In this document: positions 10,856 through 20,754 of the stretch, in pieces
Layout: each line of letters opens with the position of its first letter
Position numbering within the stretch: position 1 is the first letter of the stretch
Source of the DNA: Candidatus Bathyarchaeota archaeon
Lineage (GTDB): Archaea > Thermoproteota > Bathyarchaeia > Bathyarchaeales > Bathycorpusculaceae
Direction: 5' to 3'
DNA length: 64,000 nucleotides
Assembly (NCBI GenBank): GCA_963815095.1
Contig: CAWFFH010000001.1
Span: forward strand, 64,001 to 128,000
Translations under genes and position numbers: made by a program
Notes under the pieces: generated by a model
Seen by the model: only the letters and a program-made list of their open reading frames with translations
The model's database searches: none
What the model was told of the DNA's origin: nothing

Positions 10856-11335
10856 TTAGAGTTTGTAACGCCAAAATCCCATGTAGGGCGCCGCCAAATC
10901 CATCTGCCAGAACGCCGCAGACAATTCGCCGTAGTGAATCATGTTTTCCAAAACCATGTGGGTTAACGCCTTCTCAATGGATATGCCCGCGGGCTTGTCT
11001 CCCCAAGGAACAACGATTTGGCGCTTCAAATCTTCCAAAGAAAGCTTCTCCAGATATTTTTCAGTGTTGACCTTAGTTTTTTGCATGTACTTCCTCAATT
11101 CATCAATTTCTTTGAAGTCATCAAAATCTGGGTCAACCCAATCGCTGAAGCGTTCCGGGATGGTGTAGCTTATCCACCTGTCTTCAACTAGCATCAAATG
11201 CAAGAACACATCCCGCATAGAACCATAACTTAAACCCCGAGGCTCAACCACCTGCCCCCAAGGCAACTTCGCCATAGCGTCAAAATAGAGCCCACGAACA
11301 ACGTGGTTGTAACGACCTAAATCGGCGGTTTCCAT
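10856..11335 (-). CDS. DinB/YfiT family protein
   Basis: SMRDVFLH ... EDRW ... H-x3-E-x2-HYGEL metal-ligand pattern. Confidence 0.8.
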   Translation of the reverse strand: METADLGRYNHVVRGLYFDAMAKLPWGQVVEPRGLSYGSMRDVFLHLMLVEDRWISYTIPERFSDWVDPDFDDFKEIDELRKYMQKTKVNTEKYLEKLSLEDLKRQIVVPWGDKPAGISIEKALTHMVLENMIHYGELSAAFWQMDLAAPYMGFWRYKL

Positions 11336-11368
11336 GAAAATGTGTTAGGTAAATTTGATATTTAAAAA

Positions 11369-12442
11369 TTAAGAAGAAATCGTTTGAGTAATTCTTAGTA
11401 TGATAAACTCAGCTGGCTTCTTGACGGCTACACCGATGAGAAGGTTTATTCGTCCGTTGTCGACGTCGTTTTGGTTCATCGTGGTTTGGTCGCAATGTAC
11501 AAAGAAGGCTTCTTGCTGGGAGGCACCCATCAACATACCGTTCTTCCAAGTTTGTGTCAGAAAATTCTCTGTTTGAGATTTCACTTTAGCCCACGTTGCC
11601 GCATTGTTCGGTTCGAATGTTACCCATGCGGTTCCTTTCTTGATTGATTGCTCAAAGTAAATCATTAACCTGCGGACAGTCACGTACTTCCATTCTGAGT
11701 CGTTTGAGAGCGTTCGGGCGCCCCAAACAAGTATGCCTCTACCCGAAAAGTTCCGAATACTGTTTATTCCCTGTGGTGTAAGATTGTCTTGTTGGTACGA
11801 TTTCATCGTTAACTCAAGGTCCACTGCGCCTTTGACCAACTGATTTGCAGGGGCCTTATGAACGCCAAACTCAATATCGGTGCGCGCGTAGATTCCTGCC
11901 ATATGTCCGCCTGGCGGAACCAAACGCACAGGACCAGTCTCTGTCTCCTTTACGTAAATCCATGGATAATACAACGCGGCAAATGAAGAATCACCCGGTT
12001 TAGTTACACAGGATGGATCCTGGCCTTTGAAAGAATCAAAAATGACAAAGCGGTTCCGTAACCGTTCACAGTGGCCAATCAACGCGTTTGCTAAACCTGA
12101 TGTGGCTTGTGCGTTGGGAGAGTAAATGATTGAAGCATCCACCGCCTCAAGTTTAGCAAGGGCCCCTGCAAAGTGCCCATCGTTTACGTTGCATACGTAA
12201 CAACGTTTGCCACCGTTCCCAAAGAACCCTTCAACTGAATATGGCAGATATTTGTTCGCCCCAAAGTAACCTCCGAAAAGCCTTTGATATTCAATGAAAC
12301 TAGTGACAATGGTTGGGGCAGCTGGGCCAGTTTGGGTTTCACCTAAAAAAGCAGCGTTGCTGGTGCTTACACCCTCGATTGATTGAGGCTGAATTCTGAC
12401 GTTTTGTACAAATACGCCTGGTTTTATGGGTAGACGGCTCAT
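11369..12442 (-). CDS. Contractile phage tail sheath family protein (eCIS/Afp-like), orphan
   Basis: PGVFV..., IEGVSTSNAAFLG, YSVEGFFGNGGKRCYV, AALYYPWI, PPGGHMAGIYARTD..GVHKAPAN, VWGARTL, WKYVTVRRL, FEPN, KPAEFI are the classical sheath motifs. Confidence 0.93.
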   Translation of the reverse strand: MSRLPIKPGVFVQNVRIQPQSIEGVSTSNAAFLGETQTGPAAPTIVTSFIEYQRLFGGYFGANKYLPYSVEGFFGNGGKRCYVCNVNDGHFAGALAKLEAVDASIIYSPNAQATSGLANALIGHCERLRNRFVIFDSFKGQDPSCVTKPGDSSFAALYYPWIYVKETETGPVRLVPPGGHMAGIYARTDIEFGVHKAPANQLVKGAVDLELTMKSYQQDNLTPQGINSIRNFSGRGILVWGARTLSNDSEWKYVTVRRLMIYFEQSIKKGTAWVTFEPNNAATWAKVKSQTENFLTQTWKNGMLMGASQQEAFFVHCDQTTMNQNDVDNGRINLLIGVAVKKPAEFIILRITQTISS

Positions 12443-12451
12443 GATATAGGA

Positions 12452-12859
12452 TTATGTTGGAGGGCGTTTTTGTGCGTATTGGTATCTGCGTGGTTTGCCT
12501 ATACGTGTTAGGATGTTGTCTTTGACGAGGTCGACGAGGGCGTGGGCTACGGCGGTGCGGTCGTAGTGGAAGCCTTTGCGTGCGAGTTCGGTGTGGACGT
12601 CGTCTAAGCCTCGTGGCTCTGAAAACCAGTTTTCTTCCCAGAGTTTTTGGATTACTCCTCGGCAGGTTTCGGCGCGGGGTAGGGAGGCTGGGCGTTCGGC
12701 GATTTGGGTTAGGTTGATGTTTTTGGAGTGTTCGGTTACGGTGGAGAGAATTTGGTTTACGGCGGTTTGGATTTGGTCGCTTTGGGCTTCGATTTCGAAT
12801 TCTATGTCTCCGATTTTCATTTTTACTTTGATGGGTGGGTTTTGCTGTGGTTGTGTCAA
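12452..12859 (-). CDS. Winged-helix DNA-binding protein with N-terminal beta-hairpin/helix domain
   Basis: Likely TTG start at 12859 after GGTGAA. C-terminal WFSEPRGLDDVHTELARKGFHYDRTAVAHALVDLV...LTRIGKPRRYQY has a wHTH pattern. Confidence 0.7.
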   Translation of the reverse strand: MTQPQQNPPIKVKMKIGDIEFEIEAQSDQIQTAVNQILSTVTEHSKNINLTQIAERPASLPRAETCRGVIQKLWEENWFSEPRGLDDVHTELARKGFHYDRTAVAHALVDLVKDNILTRIGKPRRYQYAQKRPPT

Positions 12860-12868
12860 CTCTTCACC

Positions 12869-12972
12869 TATTGTATATTGAATTGTGCAAGATGCACATG
12901 CACAATACTTAAATATTTCACCAATAAAGATATTGAATATTGGTGAATCAACGTGATTGAACAATATACAAT
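12869..12972. promoter_or_regulatory. Divergent promoter/operator region with three inverted repeats around a central TATA-like element
   Basis: ATTGTATATTG(12870-80)/CAATATACAAT(12962-72); ATTGTGCA(12882-89)/TGCACAAT(12899-906); TTCACCAATA(12917-26)/TATTGGTGAA(12938-47); CTTAAATA at 12908-15. Confidence 0.6.
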
Positions 12973-14023
12973 TACTAACAAATATAACTTTCCACAACCC
13001 AGTATCGACTCACTACTCCCCCATCGATTCTTCGAGCAATCAATCCGCACTCTCAAAGAAGTCCAACAAATCCCCATGCACCTAAATCAGCAAGTTGTAC
13101 AGCAGTTCAATATATCCCAACAAACCACCAACCTACAACTTAACCCTGTCCCAATCAACCTAAAACCCGACCACCAAGAAACGATTATTGCAGGTATCGA
13201 CACTTCGACGATAAAAATAGGTGAAACTTCAACAGGGATCATTGTTGCAATCCGTGGGGCGACAACTTGGAAACAAAGCGGCTGCTACAAATACTCGCGA
13301 CTCGGTCCATTCATTTTCCATATAACCGAAGATAACAAAAACCAGCTATTCAACACACTCGAACACGCTTATTTTAGCACGACATATGGCAATTGTCACC
13401 AAGCTGCCCCAAACATCATGCAAATGCCTACACGCCTCGCCAGCCTTCTGGAGAGATGGCTACAAACAATGCTTGCCAAAACCGTGAATCAAGGGGTTCT
13501 CCTCTTTGACGGCTCATTAACTGCTGGTACCCCCGAAACCCCCACTCAGCGCCTTAGGGAAATCTTGAACTTTGCCCGCAGGAATCAGACCACGGTTTTG
13601 GGGTTTTCAAAAGCGACCACATTGAGAGCCAATGGGTTGCTGATAACAGAGCAGCTTCCTAATCGTGATCCACCTTACTTGCTCGAGACCTCAGGGTTAC
13701 ACTCAAAACCGCCGATGATGCTGCTGGGCGATGTCTATGTGGCTCGGCTCAACAAGGCAAACTTTGCATTCAGAATGGATATTGACAAAGAGACGCCCTT
13801 TGCACAACGAATCGACGCACTTCAAAAGCTCTTGGGCAATGATCTCTACACTCAAAGCTACCCCGAAACCCTGCGTTTATCGCATATTCTTTGCACCTTT
13901 ACGGCAAACGAAGTCTTAGCAATCAAACACTTCATTATCCGCAAACACGGCATCCAAATCGTCAACAGACCGGACATGCACAAAGTCCTCTTCGGCTCCT
14001 ACGGGTTCAAGGGAGAAAACTAA
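12953..14023 (+). CDS. nurA: NurA-family nuclease
   Basis: IAGIDTS (first catalytic Asp), LLFDGSL, GFSK and YPETLRLSH motifs; directly upstream of a HerA-type ATPase. Confidence 0.8.
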   Translation: MIEQYTITNKYNFPQPSIDSLLPHRFFEQSIRTLKEVQQIPMHLNQQVVQQFNISQQTTNLQLNPVPINLKPDHQETIIAGIDTSTIKIGETSTGIIVAIRGATTWKQSGCYKYSRLGPFIFHITEDNKNQLFNTLEHAYFSTTYGNCHQAAPNIMQMPTRLASLLERWLQTMLAKTVNQGVLLFDGSLTAGTPETPTQRLREILNFARRNQTTVLGFSKATTLRANGLLITEQLPNRDPPYLLETSGLHSKPPMMLLGDVYVARLNKANFAFRMDIDKETPFAQRIDALQKLLGNDLYTQSYPETLRLSHILCTFTANEVLAIKHFIIRKHGIQIVNRPDMHKVLFGSYGFKGEN

Positions 14024-14025
14024 CC

Positions 14026-15486
14026 ATGAAACTATACAAAAAAGAAGGCAACATTCTCCAAATCATCAGCTTCCCCACTGAGAACGCAGAAAAAGGAGAT
14101 TATTTGCTAGTCGAAGATGGTGATGCAGCGAAGGCTTTGATTGCACAGGTTATTGATGTTCAATTCGCGGCTGTCCCCGGTGTTTTGGAAGAATTATTGC
14201 GGACGTTGCCCGATGGAGGCGAACCCTTGCAGGGCGAAGACATTGACCCTATGGAAATTGCACCCCACATCACTTACATCCAAGATGCAAGCCTTCTGAT
14301 TTGTAAGATAAGGGCAACCTTGGAAAACGAAATGTTCAGTCCAAGTAGCAGTTGGTTACCTTCTCGTTCGCAATCTACTATCAAGAAACTTTCTATCCCC
14401 ATGCTTATGAAAATGGCGAAGGTCGATGGTAAATTGCCTATAACTATGGGCGGAACTAAAGATTCCTCGCTCCTCACCATTGACGCCTCGGATATCGACG
14501 GTACCCTAAACATCATCACAGGAAAGAAGGGCTGCGGCAAATCTCACCTCTCAAAACTCCTCATGGTCAACCTCGTCGGTTACAAAGCAACCGTAGTTAT
14601 CTTTGACCTTAACGGTGAATACAGTAGCCTCGGCATGACCAATGACGGCAAAAGAAACATGTACTACGACAAAATCCACACGCTCACGCCTTCTCAGAAT
14701 TTCAAGGTGGCACTTGAGCAGCTGCCTCTGAATACCGTGATGGGAATACTCGTGAATGCGCTTCATCTGCCCGGAACTTCAGCCCGTGAGTTCAGAAGAC
14801 TATGGAAAATGCTCAAGGAACAGGGCAAGCTGAATATGCAAAATTTGGGTGAAGCAATCCGAGACTTGAACTGTAATCAGCACGTGCGAGATGCGTTGGC
14901 GTCAAGGTTTCATTCGTTTGCTAACTCGGGTTTCTTCACTGACTGCTTAGGTGAGGCTTCTTTGCTTGATGAGAGCATTTTCAAAGCTAAAGATGTTGGC
15001 GGTGCTATCATAGTAAACCTAAAAAATACCTCTAATATCGACCGCCAAATAGTCGTTGAATACGTTCTGGGGAAACTGGTTGATTCCCTCTCCAAGTGGA
15101 AACTCAAAGCCGTCTTCCTATTCGCCGAAGAAGCTCATCTGTACCTACGCGAAACCTACTGGGACGACATCGTCACCCGCATGCGCCATTACGGCATATT
15201 TACCACCTTCATAACCAACCAACCGGACACAATCCAAGAAACCATCTACCGACAGGCCGATAATATCTTCCTCTTCAACTTCACCAACGAACATGATTTG
15301 GATGTGGTTTCAAGGGCAGCTCGTGTTGATTCTGAAACGGTGCGTTCAATTGCTCGCGATTTGCCACCGCATCACTGCCTAACCCTGGGCAAAGTGGTAA
15401 GAGATTTTCCAATAGTAGCACGTGTCAGAGCCTTAGACATCAAAACATTGGGAGAAACACGCCTGTTCTTTAGCGATAAGAATTAG
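14026..15486 (+). CDS. herA: HerA-family ATPase/helicase
   Basis: ATG at 14026, 2 nt after the nurA stop. N-terminal barrel (HAS-like), Walker A GKKGCGKS, IFDLNGEY, Walker B FLFAEEAHLY, RMRHYG and TNQP motifs. Confidence 0.85.
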   Translation: MKLYKKEGNILQIISFPTENAEKGDYLLVEDGDAAKALIAQVIDVQFAAVPGVLEELLRTLPDGGEPLQGEDIDPMEIAPHITYIQDASLLICKIRATLENEMFSPSSSWLPSRSQSTIKKLSIPMLMKMAKVDGKLPITMGGTKDSSLLTIDASDIDGTLNIITGKKGCGKSHLSKLLMVNLVGYKATVVIFDLNGEYSSLGMTNDGKRNMYYDKIHTLTPSQNFKVALEQLPLNTVMGILVNALHLPGTSAREFRRLWKMLKEQGKLNMQNLGEAIRDLNCNQHVRDALASRFHSFANSGFFTDCLGEASLLDESIFKAKDVGGAIIVNLKNTSNIDRQIVVEYVLGKLVDSLSKWKLKAVFLFAEEAHLYLRETYWDDIVTRMRHYGIFTTFITNQPDTIQETIYRQADNIFLFNFTNEHDLDVVSRAARVDSETVRSIARDLPPHHCLTLGKVVRDFPIVARVRALDIKTLGETRLFFSDKN

Positions 15487-15916
15487 CTTTCTCTAATTTT
15501 TCCCTGTTTTGAACAAAGAATCGTCGAAAAGATGCAGTTAAGTTATATTTTTCCACTTCGTCAAAGGGAACCCAACGTAGCTCTGCGGCATCACTCGCTG
15601 CTTGTATGATTCCTGCTTTGACGTGTACGAGGTAATCGATAATGACATAGTGGTATTTTACTTTCCCTTGCTCGTCCAAATCAACATTATCCACGACATC
15701 GATGAGTTCTGGTTTTTCAACGTCTAAGCAGGTTTCCTCTTTAGTTTCGCGGATAACTGCAACTTCGATGTTTTCGCCGAGCTCAACCAAGCCTCCCGGA
15801 ATCGTCCATTTGCCTTTGCTGGGTTCGTTTCCCCGCTTTATGAGTGCTATTTTGTCGTCTTTTACTATTACAACACCGATGCCCACAACGGGTTGGTCAG
15901 GGTATAAGCGTTTCAC
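15470..15916 (-). CDS. NUDIX hydrolase
   Basis: Nudix box GGLVELGENIEVAVIRETKEET. Confidence 0.95.
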   Translation of the reverse strand: MKRLYPDQPVVGIGVVIVKDDKIALIKRGNEPSKGKWTIPGGLVELGENIEVAVIRETKEETCLDVEKPELIDVVDNVDLDEQGKVKYHYVIIDYLVHVKAGIIQAASDAAELRWVPFDEVEKYNLTASFRRFFVQNREKLEKANSYR

Positions 15917-16017
15917 GAATAAGCCTCAGATACGATATGTTAGTTGTACTTTAAAACTGATGTGGGTTTGAGTTTGAAATAAAAAAAATAAAAGAAAAAA
16001 TGGTTGGGTAGGAAGCC

Positions 16018-17364
16018 TTACTCGTATCGAAGGGCTTCTACAGGTTTGAGTTTAGATGCGCGCCACGCAGGGTACAGTGCGAATATCACGCTGACACCTA
16101 AGCCGAACCCTAAAGCGCCTACTAGTACTTCCGGAGTTAGCAAAGGCGTTATTGTAAATCCTCCCCCACTTCCAAATATTCCTGAACCCAGAATCCCAGC
16201 GGTGATGTTCGCTAATATCCAGCCGAGTACGATGCCTATGATTGCGCCCATCAAACCGATTATCACTGATTCGCCAAGGAAAATGGTTAATACTGTTCTG
16301 CTTTTCATTCCTAAGGCTTTGAGGATGCCGATTTCACGTGTGCGCTCAATTAGCGAAACTATCATGATGTTCATAATTCCGATACCTGCGACTAATAATG
16401 AAATTGCTGCGATGCCCCCGAGGAACAATTGTAGTAAGCTAAAGATTCTGGTGAGTAACCCTAGAACTGCAGTTGCGGATATGACGGATACTTGATTGCT
16501 AAAGTGGTCTGTTATCAGTTTTGATACGGTTGTAATAGTTGCGTTGTCACTACTCTTGAGCTTGACGATTATCATGTCAGCTTGGTCAGTCCCTAAAAAG
16601 TTCTGCGCCTTATCAATAGGGATGTAGACGCCTGTATCTGATGGTCCGCCGATTCCGAAGCCACCGATTTTGCCGAGTACTCCTGTAACATTTGCGGTGT
16701 AGGTTTCGTTGATTGGTGGGAAAACAGGGACAAATGTTGCGTTTGTCCATATAATATAGATGCTGTAGCCTGTACCAAAGTAAAGTGTTCCGTTCTGTCC
16801 TGGCTGGTTTACGCGAGTGCCCACAACCACGTCGGTTTCAGCTGGGTTTGTAGGTATAGTTCCGCTTGCAGCTACAAAGGTAGTATCGTAAATTTGAGCA
16901 TATTTGGTGAAATCCACACCATAAATTGTGACCGTTCTGTTCAGGTTGCCTGATTGGATGTATCCTGTTCGACTTATCACGGCGATTGACGTGTCGATGT
17001 CAGGAGATAAGGCGTTAATTTCACTAGTGTAATTGACATAAAGGTTGAAGCCTGAGTTGCTGGTTCCTACTCCCCCGCCAAAGCCGCCTCCAGAACCGCC
17101 GCCTGGACCTGCGCCATCGCCTACACCACCTCCAGCTCCTGGGCCACTTAAAAAGCCCCCACTTCCCGGAGTTACAATCAATGTGTTAGCAGATAAGCCT
17201 TGGTTAAGTTGGTGGGTGAGTGTTGCTTGCAAGCCCTGAGTAATTGATAGCAAAGCCACTATGGCTGCGATGCCTATGATAACGCCAAGGGTTGTTAATG
17301 CTGCCCGGAGTTTGCGGAGTTTAATTGCGCTAAAAGAATAACCGAAAATATCTATTGTCTTCAT
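16018..17364 (-). CDS. MacB/FtsX-type ABC transporter permease
   Basis: LRAALTTLGVIIGIAA, GIMNIMIVSLIERTREIGILKALG, YPAWRASKLKPVEALRYE. Confidence 0.95.
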   Translation of the reverse strand: MKTIDIFGYSFSAIKLRKLRAALTTLGVIIGIAAIVALLSITQGLQATLTHQLNQGLSANTLIVTPGSGGFLSGPGAGGGVGDGAGPGGGSGGGFGGGVGTSNSGFNLYVNYTSEINALSPDIDTSIAVISRTGYIQSGNLNRTVTIYGVDFTKYAQIYDTTFVAASGTIPTNPAETDVVVGTRVNQPGQNGTLYFGTGYSIYIIWTNATFVPVFPPINETYTANVTGVLGKIGGFGIGGPSDTGVYIPIDKAQNFLGTDQADMIIVKLKSSDNATITTVSKLITDHFSNQVSVISATAVLGLLTRIFSLLQLFLGGIAAISLLVAGIGIMNIMIVSLIERTREIGILKALGMKSRTVLTIFLGESVIIGLMGAIIGIVLGWILANITAGILGSGIFGSGGGFTITPLLTPEVLVGALGFGLGVSVIFALYPAWRASKLKPVEALRYE

Positions 17365-18059
17365 TGTTCATTCACCGTTTCAGCTGTTATTTCACCATCA
17401 AACATTTGCACGGTTCTTTTTGCTTCTCGAGCCAAATGCTGGTCATGAGTAACCATGATTATGCTAACACTGTTTTCAACGTTAAGTTTCTTGATTAAAG
17501 TTAACACTTCGTTTGCTGTTTTGGAATCCACGTTTCCTGTCGGTTCATCTAACAAAAGAAACTTGGGATTGTTTGCCAGGGCACGTGCAATGGCAACACG
17601 TTGTTGTTGTCCACCACTGAGTTCAGCAGGTTTATGGTTAATCCTGTCTTTCAAACCAACTGTTTCCAAAAGCTCGATTGCACGTTTCTTTCGGCCTTCT
17701 TTACTCAGGTTGGCTATTGACATGGATAATTCAACGTTGTCTCGAGCCGTTAAACGTGGAATCAGGTTAAAGAATTGGAACACAAAGCCTATTTTGAGTC
17801 TCAAGTCTGCAAGTTGATTATCGTTAAGCTTGGAGATATCTATACCATCAATTAATAGAGTGCCTGTACTAGGTTTGTCTAATGCTCCAATCAGGTTCAG
17901 CATCGTAGATTTGCCGCTTCCGGATGGACCCAGAATGGCTACGAAATCGCCAGTTTCAACTTTGAGATTTACACCTCGAAGTGCTTCCACTGGCACTTTG
18001 CCAAGCATGTAAGTTTTTGTTACTTCGATTGCTTCAACCACTGGAATTGTTTTTGACAT
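17361..18059 (-). CDS. LolD/MacB-type ABC ATP-binding protein
   Basis: [32 protein letters not shown]. Confidence 0.95.
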   Translation of the reverse strand: MSKTIPVVEAIEVTKTYMLGKVPVEALRGVNLKVETGDFVAILGPSGSGKSTMLNLIGALDKPSTGTLLIDGIDISKLNDNQLADLRLKIGFVFQFFNLIPRLTARDNVELSMSIANLSKEGRKKRAIELLETVGLKDRINHKPAELSGGQQQRVAIARALANNPKFLLLDEPTGNVDSKTANEVLTLIKKLNVENSVSIIMVTHDQHLAREAKRTVQMFDGEITAETVNEQ

Positions 18060-18202
18060 TTTATTTCGCCTCTTTCTCAACTATTGATTTATCTTGGAAA
18101 TGAGTCCGTCTTATAAATGATAGCTAAATTGCAAGATGGCTTTCGCGTAATGTAAGTTTAAATTCCTACCCTAAATAATAGTCAATAACGGAGCATTACC
18201 AA

Positions 18203-19009
18203 ATGTCCTACGTCTTCAACATCCCATATCGTGATAACAAAAAACTCAAAGCTGTCATGGAAAAAGTGAAGGACGACAAAAAACTCAAAACTTATTGGAG
18301 ATGCGCCAACGTTATGGCTATTGAACGCATGGGATACACTGATCATGGACCTACCCACGTTAAAATCGTAGCCAACCTCTCCCTTAAGCTCCTAAGGATT
18401 CTGGTTGAAAAAAAACTGATCACCCCAAGTATAGTTGAAAACTATGACTTGACAAATGACGACGCAGAAGTAGTTGTTGTTTTAGGCTCCATATTCCACG
18501 ATTTAGGCATGATTGTGCAGCGCAGAGACCACGAAAAATACAGCGCTTTTTTAGCCTTGGAGTTCTTTGACAAATTCTTAACTCCAACCTACAGCGAAGA
18601 AGAAAAAGCTATAATCACCTCCGAAGTCCTCCATGCCATCGTAACCCACGAAGAACCTCCCACCAACGAATCAACCTGCAAAATTTTAACCAAAGAAGCA
18701 GGTATAGTGGGAATCGCTGACGCTTTGGATATGGAAGCAGGAAGAGCCCGAATTCCCTTTCAATCGGGAAAAGTAGATATCCACGCCGTTTCAGCTTTAT
18801 CCATAGAAAAAGTGGACATTGAAGTTGCAGAAAACGGAGTAAAGCCCATCAACATAAAAATTAAAATGTCCAATTCCGCTGGCGTCTTCCAAATCGATGA
18901 ACTTTTAAAACCCCGAATCGTCAATTCTGGGCTGGAACAGTTTTTCCATGTTATCGCGGAAATTACAGGTGAAAAAGAAACCAAGATAATAGATAAATTC
19001 GAAATCTAA
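18203..19009 (+). CDS. HD-domain phosphohydrolase
   Basis: DHGPTHV, FHDLG, H..ADALD metal-binding pattern. Confidence 0.9.
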   Translation: MSYVFNIPYRDNKKLKAVMEKVKDDKKLKTYWRCANVMAIERMGYTDHGPTHVKIVANLSLKLLRILVEKKLITPSIVENYDLTNDDAEVVVVLGSIFHDLGMIVQRRDHEKYSAFLALEFFDKFLTPTYSEEEKAIITSEVLHAIVTHEEPPTNESTCKILTKEAGIVGIADALDMEAGRARIPFQSGKVDIHAVSALSIEKVDIEVAENGVKPINIKIKMSNSAGVFQIDELLKPRIVNSGLEQFFHVIAEITGEKETKIIDKFEI

Positions 19010-19026
19010 CTCTTGGAGGCGACACC

Positions 19027-20752
19027 ATGATTCATGAATACGACGTTGTGGTTATTGGAGGCGGAATCGCAGGATTATACACTGCCCTCACCGCATCCGA
19101 AAACGCCAAAGTCGCCGTCATAAGCAAAGTGCACGTTACCCGTTCTCATTCAGTTGCGGCGCAAGGCGGCATCGCAGCAAGCCTTGGCAACGAGGAAGAG
19201 GACCATTGGGAATGGCACATGTACGACACCATAAAAGGCAGCGACTATCTCGCCGACCAAAACGCTGTAGAGATTCTGACTAAAGAAGCCCCAAACGCCA
19301 TCTACACACTCGAACACATGGGCGTTCCCTTTAGCCGAAACACAGAGGGAAAAATTGACCAGCGCCGATTTGGAGGACACACCAAAAACTTTGGCGAAGC
19401 CCCCATTAAACGCGCATGCTACGCCTCAGACCACACAGGACGAGCAATAATGGATACTCTTTTCGACCGATGCCTCCAAAAAGGCGTAACATTTCACAAC
19501 GAAGTATTCATCCAGAACTTGCTCTTCTCATTAAACAATTGTTGCGGCGCCGCAGGATACGACATCGCCACCTCAACTCCACATGTTTTCCATGCCAAAG
19601 CAGTAGTTTTAGCAACTGGAGGATGTGGCAAAATCTACAAAACCACCAGCAACGGCTTCGCTTCAACAGGAGACGGCTTTGCTCTTGCTTTGGACGCACT
19701 CTTGCCTTTGGAAGATATGGAGTTTGTCCAGTTTCACCCCACAGGAATCTACGGACTTCGGAATCCTCATAAGTGAAGCTGCAAGAGCAGAAGGCGGCAT
19801 TTTGCGCAACGGTTTAGGCGAACGTTTCATGGAACGTTATGCGCCAACATTGAAGGAATTAGCCCCCCGAGACATCGTTTCACGGGCAATCCTCAAAGAG
19901 ATAAACGAGGGAAAAGGAATCGACGGCAAGGATTATGTTTACCTTGACCTGCGAAAAATTGGAAAAGAACGGTTAAACCAAAAACTTCCCGAGATAACTT
20001 CATTCGTCAAAACCTACTTGGGAATCGACCCTAGCGAAACGCAGATTCCTGTTGCTCCAACATGCCACTACATAATGGGTGGAATCCCCACAGATACTGA
20101 TGGACACGTTTTAGCCGATAAAGCAGGTACAATTCTGCCGGGGTTGTATGCTGCTGGGGAATGCGCTTGTGTAAGTGTGCATGGTGCTAACCGTTTAGGT
20201 TGCAACTCGCTCATTGACTTGGTTGTTTTTGGTCGCAGAGCAGGTTTGAGTGTTCTTAGAGAGATTAAAGCAAGACTTTGTCAGCCATTGCCAATCCAAG
20301 CTGAAAACATTGTAGTGGATAAAATTAATAGTTTACTTGAATCCAAAGGTACCGAACGCGTCTCCGTCTTAAGGGAAACATTGCAGTGCTTAATGACTGA
20401 ACAATGCAGCGTTTTCAGAAACGGTCAAACTCTCAAACAAACATTGAGTCAGATTCACCAACTCAAAAAACGAATTACAAACGTCGGTTTAACGAATAGA
20501 TCCAGATTTTTTAATTATGAGTTGCAGGAAGCCTTAGAACTAAACAATATGCTTAGGGTTGCAGAAGTTATTGTTTATTCTGCGTTTATGCGTAGGGAAA
20601 GTCGTGGGGCTCATTTCCGCAGCGACTTCTTGGAGCGGAATGATGAAGAATGGCTCAAACACACGTTTGTTAACGAAATGCCAACAGGGCTAAAAGAAAG
20701 CTTCAAACCTCTTGTAGCTGGCAGGTTTGCGCCCAAAAAACGGAGGTATTAA
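19027..20752 (+). CDS. sdhA: Succinate dehydrogenase/fumarate reductase flavoprotein subunit (one frameshift near 19755-19765)
   Basis: GGGIAG, RSHSVAAQGG (covalent FAD His) and EFVQFHPTG in the first frame, continuing as ILISEAARAEGG, HYIMGG, HGANRLG, RESRGAHFRSD in the second frame. Confidence 0.92.
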
Positions 20753-20754
20753 CC

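Noticed and set aside
13891-14025. N-terminal extension of the 531-aa herA ORF
   Set aside because: It overlaps nurA; the ATG at 14026 right after the nurA stop is the plausible start.
11369-15486. Provirus interpretation (sheath + HerA as packaging ATPase)
   Set aside because: No capsid, terminase, tube or integrase genes; the HerA is coupled to NurA and the flanks are cellular genes.
17065-17170. GC-rich repetitive stretch
   Set aside because: Encodes a Gly-rich loop inside the MacB-type permease; the opposite-strand Pro-rich ORF is a shadow.
19750-19770. Programmed frameshift in sdhA (likewise polB, uppS, aIF-2beta)
   Set aside because: No shared slippery site or stimulatory structure; the abundance of indels favours sequencing error.
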